DNA from: Dicyema japonicum
Taxonomy: Eukaryota; Animalia; Dicyemida
DNA: 64,000 nucleotides
Direction of reading: 5' to 3'
Assembly (NCBI GenBank): GCA_011109175.1
Contig: RDEW01000008.1
Location: 1,041,276 to 1,105,275 of the forward strand
The translations under genes were made by a program, and so were the position numbers. Under the pieces are notes generated by a model. The model was not told the DNA's origin. It saw only the letters and a program-made list of their open reading frames with translations, and ran no database searches. Below are positions 1-13,535 of the stretch, piece after piece (position 1 is the stretch's first letter; the number at the start of each line of letters is the position of its first letter).

Positions 1-429
1 GTGAACAAATTGAAAAAGTGGATTGTAATTTACCAATAAGGACAGAGAAAAGGGGTATTTCACGTTCTACAAAATGGTCATAATTTTTTCATAGCGGGCT
101 CATATTACGATCTCTTTTGTCACTTATCTTGTTCAACTTATTACAGAACGATATTCCACCTATATTTTAAGATACACTAAATGATATAATCATCAGAAAA
201 CCTATCTGGTTATATAAAGGCTGATCGCTTAGATAATTTATTAGACTTTTTAAACAGTTGGCTAATAAAAAACATATTATATATCAAAACTAACAAGCTT
301 TGTACCCCTTTTTGCCTCAGATGAAAATTAATTACATCATATCTATTAATTATTTAGATTAACATCTGATTACTTAATGAAAAAAATAAAAAATATAAAC
401 CTTTATAACTTTTTAAATAAATAGAATGG

Positions 430-1050
430 GACAAACCAAATTAATCAATTCCTTTATCTCATTATTTCTAAAAAAACCTTCACTCATTCACAGTGATCCA
501 AAAGCTTTGTCCGAGGAGATGAGGTCAATTCCAAAGATTCCAGAACTCGTCGTTAGGGAACAAAATTGTCTCCCGGTGGAATAAATTTATCGATCAATTC
601 GAAACCAGAACAAACATTATTCGTGACGTTTCAAGAAAGTCATAATTCTTTTCACTCCACCTCCACAGTATACAAACGGTTTTGAACGTAATGCCATTTT
701 CTATGATGTGAACTTGGCCAGATTCCTTATCGTGTACCACAAAATCATGTTCATTGTCTTTGACTAGCATCGCGTGTCATAGTAATTGGCATAACGCCTT
801 CACTTTTAATACCCCACCATCATCAACAACATACTTAGCAAACAAAAAAAGTTTGAATGTGCCTAGGTGAGTTTGCCTTGTTTTCTCGGTCGTTGCTATG
901 GCGTGCTTACTAGCAGCCACACTTGACCCTCCTAACAGGGTCAAATGCATTTGCATAAGAATACGCTCACGTTGTTGGAATACCCCACACAGTCTACGGC
1001 CGAATTTATCACTGAATAAATTTAGTCTCTCCTTATTGGCTGCCAGCATA
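430..1050 (-). mobile_element. R4/Dong-like RLE non-LTR retrotransposon, degenerate 3' fragment (RT thumb + restriction-like endonuclease)
   Basis: ORF 777-1049 has KERLNLFSDKFGRRL (R4-type ERLYxPRxxGGRGL). Downstream frames give xDxVVHDKxxGQVxIIENGIT...KxYDF, the PD..E..K RLE motif; many stops and frameshifts. Confidence 0.6.
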
Positions 1051-1846
1051 TGGACATGGTTATCCAGTTAAAAGCAGTATATTTACTGGTAAAATATACG
1101 GATAAAGAAATTGCCCCAGAACACTTGAGTCTATCATAGAGGCAACTGGTGTCAATTTCAGAAGAGAAGGGGAAAAAGACCCCCGTCCGTATATAAAATG
1201 TGTGTGGGTCACAGTCTGAGCATCAATTGAGAGATGCCGCAATCACCTGAATAATAGTTAATGGTTAAGACGGTGATACTTTTTGCATAAATAATAATAA
1301 TAATTATTATACCGATGTTGAAAAACATCAGAGAAGTCCTCCGTATCCCAAAACACCGAAGACTGTCTATAATCTACTACCAATGTCTTAAATTCTTCTC
1401 CCACGTAAACCACTTGGTTGCAAAAAAAAAGAAAAGATTCTCCCGCAGTACAGTGGTCAGATCCATCTTTGAAACTCTCAGGATAATCTACGATCAATAT
1501 ATCAGGACCACTTAGAACTACAGGAACCCCTCCTGGGCCTCATTTTTTTAGCATACAAAAAATTCAAAAAATCCCTAATAGAACTCCGAAAAATTTTGAC
1601 AAAGACAATACATGATCACATCTCTACTAAAGACATTCGAAGATTACTTTAAAACAATCTTTTAAATAGCCTTCCCCTATTAAAAAGATGAATAGCTAAT
1701 TTTCTTTCCGGAAAAAGAGGACGTGTCTTTGTAGGCCATACACGATAGAGGTACCGTCTTCTACCAAATGGCGGCCCTCAAGGATCGCCCATCTCTCCAG
1801 TCCTATTCAATTTATTCCCAAACGAACGGTTTAACATGTCCAGGAG

Positions 1847-2690
1847 CAGAGGTCTCAACGAGTGGCGAATCGCCCCTTTTGGACGACTTTTTGTTTTGAC
1901 AAGGAGGCGATGGTCCTCAAAGAGCTAATTGTCATATGAAAAATTACAGACGGATAAATATTTGAGTCTTATATTATTCATTTCATTTCATAAAACGAAA
2001 GACTAGAGAGTAAATAGTTATTTAGAAGCAGCCATAACATAGTGTATATACCCTCTCAGAATTGCGATTAAGATTTGCTCAAATAAGCTGAAGATAACAT
2101 TATATTATAGTTCATTATTATTTTTATTATTATTATTATTAAACCAGAAAACCACAGCATATCCAAAATAAACAAATTCAGGTGATCCAAGCCTCTTTAC
2201 AACTGCCTTCACTTGAATGTTGCAGATCTTTTCCAAATTTGTTTCTGCAAAGTTAAATCACAAGACATTACATGCGTATCCTATTGTAGACTCGGTGAAC
2301 TGTTTGTATATGGCATGCAGTCCTGGTTCAATAATAATAATTAAAATTCATTTAAAATTATAATCGTGATTTTTAATACTTCGTGATGAGTCTTTTTTAA
2401 TTAAATTAGAACCTATAAAAAGGAATATCTTTTTTTTAAATTAATAAAAAAATTTTCAAGGTTCTTCATAAACCGCTTTGTTTGAAATGTGGTACAGTAT
2501 TTCCCAAAGAGGCGATGAAGCCATCGCGCGCAATCGAACATTTTAAAATACCAACTCAACTAAAAAAAAAGAATTTTTTAAATTAAAAAAAATTATGAAA
2601 ATAAGAACACTTTAATTTCAAAATTTGTTATCTAATTGCGAATAATATTTTCTCAATTCTCCGAGAAATTGTATCGTTGCTTAGAAGTAA
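1847..2690 (+). mobile_element. hAT (Buster/Charlie-type) DNA transposon 5' portion
   Basis: CAGAGGTCTCAAC TIR-like end at 1847 with GGCGA subterminal motifs. About 2470-2690 translates as LCLKCGTVFPKEAMKPSRAIEHFK (Buster BED-finger NExMKPSxLxxH). Confidence 0.6.
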
Positions 2691-2692
2691 GT

Positions 2693-3060
2693 TTATAACA
2701 TTTTTTTTAATTTCTGAAGAACAACATTTTTCAGTAAATATAAGGATAGCTTGCTTAATAAATTTACTATCTGAATACTGTTCATATTTTTTGAAGTAGA
2801 TAACATTTTTTTGAAAGAAGCTATTGAGGCGAATATTGATGACATGTACTGTTTAAACAAAGTGGTTTGTAGTTTGCGATTTGATTTCATAGATAGAAAT
2901 TTGATTTTTTTGATTCACCTTGAAATGAATCATATTCTGAAGAATGTTTCATATAATGCCTCTCGACATTATATAACTTAAAACATTTAATAACAAAATG
3001 ACAAATCATTCAATCTGCATTGCCATATTCTTCAAAAACGAAAAATTGTTCCTCTCATTC
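2693..3060 (-). mobile_element. hAT transposase N-terminal fragment (SPIN/GTF2IRD2-like)
   Basis: Minus strand gives EEQFFVFEEYGNAD.MICHFVIKCFKLYNVERHYMKHSSEY...SIASFK, matching EWEExYFF/CxxC/YNxxRHYxxKH/ASF pattern; disrupted. Confidence 0.55.
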
Positions 3061-3071
3061 GTGATTAAATT

Positions 3072-3341
3072 CACGATTTTCTTGAAGAAGTATTCTACTT
3101 CTATTATCACGTTTTCTAATATCACAAGCAATATTAATTAAAATTTAATACAAAAAATATTTAATTTAAAAACAATAGTTAAATTATGTAAATTTTTTAA
3201 CCATTACACGATTTTCTTGAAGAAGTATTCTACTTCTATTATCACGTTTTCTAATATCACAAGCAATATTAATTAAAATTTAATACAAAAAATATTTAAT
3301 TTAAAAACAATAGTTAAATTATGTAAATTTTTTAACCATTA
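3072..3341. repeat. 135 bp tandem duplication (2 copies, apparently identical)
   Basis: CACGATTTTCTTGAAGAAG...TTAACCATTA at 3072-3206 and 3207-3341; could be an assembly artefact. Confidence 0.85.
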
Positions 3342-3639
3342 AAAGTTTATTGTACAAAAATAACAGAAAGAAAAATCACAAGTAAAATAGCTGCATTATG
3401 TAAATTTTGTAATATTTTTTTTGTAATTTTAAGTGGGCCGCAACAAAATCCTGGGGAGCCGCCGTTAAGAATTTTTGCTCTTAAAGATGCCAATTAGAAA
3501 ACAGTTCATTTTACAACTAAACACTGCACCAAAATTTTAGAATTCTGGAACGATTCTAAAATTATTGCCAATTCTCAAAATAACTCTTCAGTATCAAACT
3601 GATGTGGTTATAATAACGAATACAAATAAAATTTAAACA

Positions 3640-3920
3640 TCATTCTATCCATTACGATAACAACCTCATCTGTGCCAGACATTATTAAAAATACCTGATA
3701 ATCAACTGCTTTGGCCCCGAGTGAGTTAAACAACCTTAGACATTGGGTGATATAGACACTCACTACTATGAGACTTGGTGAAATTAAGTCCTTGTCGAAC
3801 TCTTATACCTCATGCTGAGGACCATACTTCAATGCTATATTTTCATTCCAAAGATACTCTTATCTTTATGTATGCCGAAGACAAAATCGATATTTCACTG
3901 TATAGTATCAATCTTGAATA
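3640..3920 (+). repeat. Copy of unknown low-copy repeat family P (possible spliced gene fragment)
   Basis: Inverted relative to ~5540-5840, direct relative to ~15630-15920; candidate 35 nt intron GTGAGT...TATAG at 3721-3755. Confidence 0.55.
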
Positions 3921-4892
3921 TGAGAAAGTATATCGCACACACGTCTTTTAAGAGAAGAAGAGGGATTACCAGCGATCTGGATTAAAATCCATTAATTAGA
4001 TAATTTACTTGTTTTACTTTGATGTTATAATTTTATTACGAAATTAGTAAATTATTATATGATTGCAATCAAAGTAAGATAGAGTTCAGTAAGATGACAG
4101 TTGTAATTGTTGAAAAGTAGCATAATAGTGCAATTGTTGAAAGGAATTGTTAAAAGCTAGCATTGTTGTAAGTTGTAATTGTTGAAAGGTAGCATAATAA
4201 TAATTTTTTAAAAAAAATTTAAATATTTCAAAAATAAATTTGTTCTTGAATATAGCGCAATTTATGTTGTTAATGAGGAAAGTAGTCTTCGAAAACGCTT
4301 AATTCGTGATGTCAGGAGCCGCTCTCCCACATAGTTTAGAAAAATAAGAATTTTTATTGTAGATAATATTTTTAATAATTGAAGGAGTTCCATCCATGAA
4401 AGTAAATCTTCAAATCATCACCCCCTTGTTTAGTCCAACGTGTATAAGGACTTTTGATGGTAACAAGATATGCTACATCGGGACCGGGCAGTTTACAGTC
4501 CTTTAAGAAATAGTATAAACTCAAGAAAAAAATACTGAGCCATGTTGAGTGTTCTGTTAAAGGCATGACGAGATCTCATAAATTTGTATTTATGGTTTAT
4601 TGGAATGGCATACAGTTTGATTCCACGCATGTTCTGTGATATTTCAGAAAAAATGTGGGATCTAGGAAAGAACACTGAGCTAAGAGTGGAAATTATTAAA
4701 AATGACCAGGATCACGTATGGGTGCATTAATTAATTAGTAATTTCTTGGTCTTACAACATTTCTTGAAATCTTCGTGTGAAAAGAAAATTGAGATATGTC
4801 AAAAAAATCGATGATCTAATGATTCCAATTTGTTACCTATTAACAATAAATAGAATGCTTAGTAAATAGAATTTATCAGTATCTCTAACAAT

Positions 4893-5069
4893 GCATTGAT
4901 ATGACTATTTTCCCACCACCTATAACTGAAAATACAACAATCCATACCAAACCTTACTTTTCGAAAACTTAAAAACAAACAATGAATTGATATGACTATT
5001 TTCCCACCACTTATAACTGAAAATACAACAATCCATACCAAACCTTACTTTTCAAAAACTTAAAAACAA
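4893..5069. repeat. ~90 bp tandem duplication
   Basis: TG(C/A)ATTGATATGACTATTTTCCCACCAC...CTTAAAAACAA twice; single copy in the inverted paralogue near 16430-16520. Confidence 0.8.
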
Positions 5070-5840
5070 CACTGTGCGAGAGAGAAGACTTCCGCATCAT
5101 TGGATGACATATTGTTCCTACATAATCAACATTTTGCTTTTTATGTAATAAGGATTAATAATTAATTTTATGTCTTCACAGGTTACCATATATTTTTTTT
5201 TCAGATAGCTAAGACATGATGCGTGAACTGAGACTCCAAGTTTGTTGACAATTTAATATACGTAGAAAAATTCTAATAGAAGCAGCAGCGTAGTTACCTT
5301 TCCAAAAGTAATTTTGCCGAGTTGGTTGATGGGGGAGAACAATCAAATCCAGAAAAAAAATCACTCGAGTAGTGATATGATTGTGGAAAGCTTTCGACCT
5401 CTTAATTCCAAAAGAGATGATGAGACAATGGTAAGAAGCTTATTTGATAACTGCGATGGTTAGCATCTTCTGGAGATTACTAGAATCGATCATGGTGTGA
5501 AAGACCTTGAAAATATATACTTGTTGGCTAAGTCAAGATGTTTCGAAAATTTCTTTGTGAATTCAAGATTGATATTATACAGTGAAATAACGATTTTGTC
5601 CTCTGCATACATAAAGACTAGAGTATCCTCGGAATGCAAAGAGAGAATTGAATGTATGGGCTTCACATAAGGTTTAAGAGTTCTACGTGGACATAGTTCA
5701 CCAAGTTCATTACTAGTGAGTGTCTGAAAACTAGTAAGTGTCTGTATTCCCAAAGTGATTAGGTTGTTTAACTTACTCGGGGCCAAAGCAGTTGATTATC
5801 AGGCATTTTTAATAAGGTCATCGATAGGTTGTTGTCGTAA
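5070..5840 (-). pseudogene. Family P copy: unknown spliced coding fragment
   Basis: Removing a 35 nt GTAAGT...TACAG intron (5742-5776) joins ...MTLLKMPDNQLLWPR in frame to TLTSFQTLT... of ORF 5490-5786; inverted paralogue at 15630-16450. Confidence 0.35.
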
Positions 5841-6109
5841 TGGAGAGAAAGACGATAAATTTTATTCTAGATTTTTGAGCATATGCGGTTTAGTCCATCT
5901 TCATAAGTGCGATGAATAAATAGAAGGTCATTAGTAGGCAATTTAAGTGCTAAAATGCTATTTTTATTATTTATACTTTTTTAAATATACGATTGAATTT
6001 GGAATAATTATTTTTTAATTTTGCTTAAAAAACATACATTATAAATGCTATAAGTGCTATTTTTAATTTTAAATGCTAATTTTTGTTTAACTGCTAATTT
6101 AAATTGCAG

Positions 6110-6752
6110 TTAATAATGTGTTTACGGATTCCGAAATTCGCGGAGCACTCCTTCGGCTGAATAACAACAGAGCAACTGGCTATGACAATATTTGTTGGGA
6201 GTCGTTAAAATACGCACCAACCCGACTAGCAGAAAAGATAACTTTCATATTCAACAAGATATTTAGGTCTCATTGTTCAATTGACATCGCGATGGGAGTT
6301 CTACTTCCTTTACAAAAACCTGGCAAACCTGCAGGTCCAATTGAAAATTTCAAGGCGATCGTGCATTTGACCACTTTGCGAAAAACATTGTCGATTACAA
6401 CATGTTTTTCGAAAAGATGTGGAGTATTTAGACTCGCAGAAAACTTATCTCCTTAAATCTTCGGATGCGCTTATATAGCGCGTTCATACAACCAGTCCTA
6501 TTATATAACTCGGGAACATGGGGAACATCAAAAACGGACCGTGACTGAAAGACACATTTCATAGAAATCAATTGATAAAATTTGCGGGAACTAAATGGCC
6601 ACAGATTATCAAAAAAGACACTCTCTACAAATTATGTACATGCAAACCGATAAGCAGAGAAGTAATTACCTCACGCTGGCTACTTATCGGACATGTTCTG
6701 AGAATGGACGAAGTGATTCCTTGCAATCAAATGATGGAAGATTACTATTATA
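6110..6752 (+). mobile_element. RTE-like non-LTR retrotransposon RT fragment with internal deletion
   Basis: ORF 6118 has LNNNRATGYDNI...PLQKPGKP...NFKAI...LRK (RT domains 0-2); downstream has LYSAFIQPVLLYNSGTW and RWLLIGHVLRM (RT C-terminus). Confidence 0.75.
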
Positions 6753-7047
6753 NNNNNNNNNNNNNNNNNNNNNNNNNNNNNNNNNNNNNNNNNNNNNNNN
6801 NNNNNNNNNNNNNNNNNNNNNNNNNNNNNNNNNNNNNNNNNNNNNNNNNNNNNNNNNNNNNNNNNNNNNNNNNNNNNNNNNNNNNNNNNNNNNNNNNNNN
6901 NNNNNNNNNNNNNNNNNNNNNNNNNNNNNNNNNNNNNNNNNNNNNNNNNNNNNNNNNNNNNNNNNNNNNNNNNNNNNNNNNNNNNNNNNNNNNNNNNNNN
7001 NNNNNNNNNNNNNNNNNNNNNNNNNNNNNNNNNNNNNNNNNNNNNNN
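6753..7047. other. Assembly gap (N run)
   Basis: 295 N. Confidence 1.
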
Positions 7048-7049
7048 TT

Positions 7050-7440
7050 AATAAATACTGGTACACTAAAAATATTTATAATTACAGACGAAAAAGTTGT
7101 TAAGCTCTACGAATTTAACTCATCATTCTCAGAAATTACCGAAATGTATATGAAAAATGATTTTAATTTCTCAGTAGTTTCGAAATATTACATTTAGACT
7201 AAATTTATAAAGCAAATTGACCTTTATAAAGAAAATCAAGTCTGACTTAATTTTTTTAAAAGAATGACTGTACGAATAACTTCGAGAGTAGTCGACTACA
7301 ACCAGCCGATATCTCATTTTGAGATGTACAGAGAGCCGAAACAGGAGGATAGCGACATTTTAATGGCTACTGAATAGATCAAGAGAACCATCATCATGAT
7401 CTCACAGTGGAGACTAGAGCAATGGCGCCGTTATCCTTCT
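7050..7440. repeat. Segment duplicated in inverted orientation at ~14805-15190
   Basis: Reverse-complement match read by eye (ATAAATACTG(G/A)TACACTAAAAATATT...GAGCAATGGCGCCG). Confidence 0.8.
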
Positions 7441-9109
7441 CCTGTTTTAGCAGTGAATCAAGTCTACAGTAGACGAGTAGATTAAAGAAAAGATTAAGTG
7501 TGTAATACATTGTAAAGATCGGGAAGAGCGTGAAATTCAAAGTGGTTGAAATAAAGTCTGATGGAAAGATCTCGCATATGATGTACGGGATAGACCAGAG
7601 GATCTAGAATTCTCGAAACAGTGAGGAAACTTCTTAAATGGCTATGGAGGACATATAATTGTCGATTAATTCTTACATTCACTTTCGTCCAATGTAGACA
7701 TACACCGTCCTCAATGGCTGAAACAAATGTCTTCTTCCTATCGATTCGATATGGCCCAGATGAGGGCAAGAATCTGCATGCGCATAAACCAACCAATAAT
7801 AGACCTTGATGAAAATTGCTACGACAATTCTTCAGAAGTACCCTATTTAAATTAGATTAGACGATGAATTGGATATTGAACAGGTCAAAAAACGTCCTAC
7901 TTTTTTTCGTTACTATTCGAATATTTCCCACGGCAATTCATCTACAATTTAGATAATAAAGGCTGTGTTCAGATTACATTTCTAGAATCCTGAAGAATCT
8001 CTCAACCAGTTAGCGATATTGCAGATTTCGTTGATTAAAGAACGACGAGAAATAAATCAACAGGTGAGGAAATTTCGACGGGTTCCAACAAAGACGGCAT
8101 AGATGTTGCACAGATGTGGATAATTCCATAAACGACCGTAATTTTTTCAATAATTTTAGAAAGTAGGCATCAGTTCATTTCAGCTTTCTAAGTTGGATAC
8201 AACATTAAGGAACTGGAGGAATGGAAGATACAAATTACGTCCCACAAGACTGGAGGAAAGTATCCAGCAAGATCCCTAATTGAGTAGATAAACACAGTTA
8301 CCATTACGTAACTGAAACACGAGCTGATCAAGGCGATCCTAGACAACCATTTTCTGATTGTAATCAAGGAAGACGACCCAGATAACACAGAACGGCCACG
8401 AGGCCGGTTCTACCGCTTATGGGAAGATTAAATGCACTCAGCTTCGTAGAGTACCTGCGATTTCCGTTTCAAACGAGCTTCAGATTGTTTACACTATTCG
8501 ATTTGAAAATTGAACTTCTAAGGACAACGATATCAAGTATATGGCTGATGTAATGTTGTTGAGAGTGCTTGATTGACCCTGAATTGGAGCAATATTTGTT
8601 AATCACTATGGAGGAGCCTCACGAGTGAACGGTAAACACTGACGTTCTGTTCGGACTCCTGAAGGATACTATGCTAAAAAGAAAGATTCTGAAGTTGATT
8701 GTAGCCTCTTTGATGTTGAAATCTGTTATATCTTCCAAGTATTTCTACCAATCCGTGAGATTTGGGACTTATTTAGCCGATTTTCATTACGTCTTTGATC
8801 TCTGCTTTGTAAAGCAGTAGATTTAAAATCTTTAAAAACGTGCATAGACCACCTGAAAATCACTCTACTAGCCAAGGCACAGGCGAAGAAACGGGCGCCG
8901 AGATCTGTTACTGATGGTCCAAGGAAGTACTTCAGATTATACACTGAGCGAGAAATGTTATAGGCTTAAGTAATGCTGTGGATTATGATTATTAAGTACC
9001 CGAGATTAGAAAAATAAACTTTGCTGCTACAAAACTCCAACTGAAGTCCACGGAAATTAATCATCTTATCTTTTTCAACTTTATGGACCCTTGCCCTGTG
9101 CAATACCTC

Positions 9110-9383
9110 TTGTCTACGATTGAGCAACGACACGCATTGAACGCATTGAACGAGCATAAGGTTTCTTCAATATCAAATAATTTTTATCAATTCTGGAGAA
9201 GACACAAGTATTACTGAAAGGAATTGATGAAATTATTTGATCAGTATCATAATTAACCATTAAATCAAGTATTTCGTTGACAGCTGGAAATATTAAAGAC
9301 TCTCCAATAGTGTGAAATTTTTTCTTATTTGCTATCAATTGCGATATTTTGTATGATGCTAATAGATCTTTTTCAAACATCAT
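9110..9383 (-). mobile_element. hAT Buster/Charlie-type transposase fragment
   Basis: ASYKISQLIANKKKFHTIGESLIFPAVNEIL...IISSIPFSNTCVFSRID then DIEETLCS matches ZBED5/SCAND3-like ASYxxSxLIAKxxKPHTIGE. Confidence 0.75.
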
Positions 9384-9384
9384 N

Positions 9385-10840
9385 AAGATTACTTATTCAA
9401 TGTATCGTTTCATATGATTAGTTTAGCAAGGATCTGACTAATTACAAGAAGTACATTAATGAACTTCAGTCTTTGTTGGAACAAAAAGATAACTTGATGT
9501 TAATCTACCGATACGCATTTTAATGCATTTTTGAAACCATACTCACAAATTGATGTTAATTTACCGATAAGGATTTTAATGCATATTCCACCTCTCGTTG
9601 TGTTTCACAGACGACAGCGTATAGTGTAATTCGGAATGCAGAGATTTGTCACTATCTCAAATGCTGGAATTTATTAAAAAAATGAGACAGGCTGCATCTT
9701 AGAATAGACACAATTAGATGCAGGTAGAGACTGCAACATTAACGTTGCTTGCAAAGAGAAAGTCTTTGACAGTGCAGTGAGTCCAATTTTTACTTGTCTC
9801 CATGATTTCTCGTTGACCCGATTCGAAAATCCAATCGATGTATGCTTCTAGTGATCTCAATTTTCAGATTTTACGATACAATGACGGATCAGACACTGAA
9901 TATGTGGATGTGTGCTCGCGAAGTCTGCACGTGATTGAGTGTGGGATTGCCGAAGAACGCTAATAAACAACGAGAGTGGGACAAGATTTTATGCCCAAAC
10001 ATCATAGACGAGATTAAACTAGTGCTTGATCTGCATCGTTTGACTTATCTGGCTTCTGCATAAACGAACGAGAGTTGTATATGGCTCAGAGCATTACCAT
10101 GCACTTCATTTGGGACACTTTTGGATGACGACGAGACGAGGATTGAGGTATCTGTTTTCCTCTGTTTTGAGTTCGAGACGAGGATTAATAAGAAATTATG
10201 TTTATTCAAATAACAACTAGGTAGTCGGAGAGACATGTTGTTCTAAACACATAACTCGATCTAAAAACCAGTTACTTTAATTCTCCAATATATTATCCTT
10301 TTATAGGAACCATGCAATGCAATGGAATAGTAATTTTATGCAATCTAGACGATAGAAACCACTTCGTTGTTTCAGGCTCACAAAAAAAGAACCGTTATTA
10401 ATTTCCATGATAATTTAAAACAAATCAACTTTTATTATTATTTACGAGATATTTAATTTATTTGTTAAACGACTGGTTGATATCTGTTATTGAGATATTT
10501 TTTAATGACTATTATCACTTTATAATGATTTCGTCGTTTCTTATGTTATCCGTTAAGAACTTAGATTGTTAGTCTTAACCTTCTAGTTTCGGAATGAATT
10601 ATAAGAATTCTATGAAATATTTAATGAATACTTTAAAAATCCTCAGTCATCCTTGGACTTGAAGCTCGTTATGGAGATTAATTAAGATGCCGTATTCTTA
10701 CTGGCCTCTTACGTGTCAGGGTGTCAGACTTCATTATTTAACAAAAAGCTCCTCAAAGTTTGCCACCAATAGGGGAAGGCTATTTAGCAGATTGTTTTAA
10801 AGTAATCTTCAAATGTCTTTGGTAGAGATGTGATCATGTA
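9385..10840 (+). repeat. ~1.45 kb direct repeat, copy 1 (copy 2 at ~19455-20907)
   Basis: Collinear high-identity match; contains a candidate 28 nt intron at 9840-9867. Confidence 0.9.
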
Positions 10841-12520
10841 TTGTCTTTGTCAAAATTTTTCTGATCTTTATTTAGGATTTTTTGAATTATTTGGATGCTT
10901 AAAAAGATGAGCCCAGGAAGGGTTCTTGTATTTCTAAGTAATCCTGATATATTGATTGTAGATTATCATGAAAGTTTCAAAGATGGATCTGACCACTGTA
11001 TTGCTGACGTTCATTATCTTGTTTGCTTTTGCAACCAAATGGTTTACTTGGGAGGAGAATTTAAGACATAGGTAGTAGATTACTGAAAACTTTCCATGTT
11101 TTGGGATTCGGAGGACTATTCTGAAGATTTTCAGAATCGGTATAATTATTATTATTATTTAAGCCAAACAAATCACCGTCTTAACCATTAACTAATATTC
11201 AGGTGATTGCGGCATCTCTCAATTGATGCTCAGACTGTGACCCCACACATTTTATATACGGACGGGGGTCTTTTTCCCCTTCTCTTCTGAAATTGACACC
11301 AGTTGCCTCTATGATAGACTCAAGTGTTATGTGAGCAATTTCTTTATCCGTATATTTTACTAGTAAATTTACTCCTTTTGACTGGATATCCTAAATTTTT
11401 ATAATATTTAGCTTTAAATCGGTCGGAAGTTAATATCTCGTGCTTTTAGTTTAAATTTTTGATTATTTCTTTATGTGTTCGGTTATTTATTTTTTTATTA
11501 AAAAAGTATCCTCAATTTTTCAATTTTGAATCTGAATGGATTTTTCTAACTACAAATTTCCATTTAGTCCTGAGATAAAGCGACAAGTACCATAGATATT
11601 AGTAGAAAAGCAACGCTATTATGTAAGACATGCAAGGAAATTGTCATAGCATTAATTGAGTGTGCTATCTCAGTGCTAAACTACTAAATAGGTGTTGTTG
11701 AGTTTGAGCACAAAAAGTAGTATAAAATGATTTATGAGCACAAAAAGTACTATAAATACCATTTCTATGTGCTGCAGCGAATTAGGAAAAAGAAATTTAC
11801 TCCGTGAAAAATCGAAAACCATGTCCATATGCTGGCAGCCAATAAAGAAAGACTAAATTTATTCCGTGATAAATTCGGCCGTGGACTGTGTGTAGTAGTC
11901 CAACAAAGTGACCATATTCTTAGAAAATGTATGAGATCTTGATAGCTGGGTCAAGTGTGTCTGCTATGAACCACGCCATAACAACGACCGAGAAAACAAG
12001 GATAACTCACCTAGGAACTATCAAACCTTTTGTGTCTGCTAAGTATGGTCTTGATATGGTGGGCTATTAAATGTGAAGGCGTTATGCCACTCAATATGCC
12101 ACTCTATGCTAGTCAAGCACAATAAACCTGATATTGGGTACACGATAAAGAGTCTGGCCAAGTTCTTATCATAGAAAATGGCATTACGTCTCAAGACCGC
12201 TTGTATACTGTGGAGGTGAAAAGGAAAGGAAGTATGACTTTCTAGAAACGTCTCTAATAATGCCTGTTCTGGATTCGAAAGGATCGATAAATCATTCCAC
12301 CGGGAGACAATTTTGTCCTTGTCGACGAGTTCTGGAATCTCTGGAATAAACTTTATCTCCTCGGACATAGCTTTTTGGATCACTGTGAATAAGTGAGGGT
12401 TCTCTAGAATTAATGGGATAAAGAAATTAATTAATTTGGTTTGATCCTTTGTATTTATTTTAAAAATTATAAAGGTTTATATTTTTTAGTTTTTTTTCAT
12501 GAAGGGGTCAGATGTTAATC
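10760..12520 (-). repeat. Inverted duplication of ~380-1690 with extra R4 sequence
   Basis: Reverse-complement matches, e.g. 11170-11390 vs 1052-1270 and 12150-12500 vs 380-730. Confidence 0.85.
11480..12470 (+). mobile_element. R4/Dong-like RLE element fragment
   Basis: Same degenerate RT-thumb/RLE sequence as 430-1050 and 52865-53700. Confidence 0.55.
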
Positions 12521-12529
12521 TAAATAACT

Positions 12530-13310
12530 TAATAGAAATGTATTTTTTCGCGTTGAATGGAAACTAATTTGTACTTAAAGGAGATAAAGATTTCTAGACA
12601 CAGGAGATCAAAGATTCACCAAAAAATTATCTAGAAAATTTTCGGATATTTCGAAAAAAAAATATTTTCAAAATTAAAAATAAATGAAATATTTTTTAAA
12701 TGTTTATAATAAATAAAAATTATAATTTAAAAATTTCGGAATCTACTTATTAAAACACATCTGAGTTTCATTTATATTAACATACTGGTTTGACGAGAGA
12801 TCCCGTCATTAGTGAACATATCACTGCGCAACCGATCGATACCGAATGACTCACATCTAACAAAAAAAGTAGTAGATTATTATTTATTTAAGATTACTTA
12901 TGATAACTGTTCTTTGCTTGTCCTGCCTGGGAGGCTCTGCTAATAAGGCTCTGCGTAAAGTGCAGTATTATTAACAGACTTGGCAATTTAATATGATTAC
13001 AATCTAAGTAAGAATTCAATCAACCGAGTTGAGAATCCTAGATTGACTAAAATGTAAAAACATTAAAAAAATCCAGTCCTCTTAAAGTTACTTCAATATT
13101 ATTCAACATCAATGATGCGTATCAAATACGTCACAAAGCAGTAATAAAGTGACAAAATAACTAACTATACGAGTTACTTTAGGTTTTTAGTGTCGAATAT
13201 ACACATCAATTAACATCGAGTAGTTCAGTTTTGATAGTTTTTTTAACAAATTTAAAAAAATACTCGTAACTATGTTTTACATTAACTTTTTCTGAAAATT
13301 AATTAAATTT
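12530..13310. repeat. Block duplicated inverted at ~18530-19450
   Basis: Reverse-complement collinear match. Confidence 0.8.
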
Positions 13311-13535
13311 TTTTTAACAATTAAACAATGTCAGTTGTGAAGCCTGCTGCGTGGAAATCGAACGAGTTCCCTCGGAATATGGCTTTTCCAATCTTTTGTC
13401 TTAGCCAAAACCATTTACGTTGATCCCTTTTCTTTCTGGCAAACAATCCTCCGAGTTTCCGCAAGAACTCAGCCGTTATTGGACCAACTGCTCCCGATGA
13501 TTCGGTCGCAACAGGAGTAAATCGGTAGCGATCCC
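13310..13535 (-). mobile_element. 5'-truncated CRE-like retrotransposon 3' end with A-tail and 11 bp TSD
   Basis: Matches 33820-34040 in reverse; T-run at 13308-13315; TTAATTAAATT at 13299-13309 and 13549-13559; empty site in paralogue at ~18520-18550. Confidence 0.8.
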
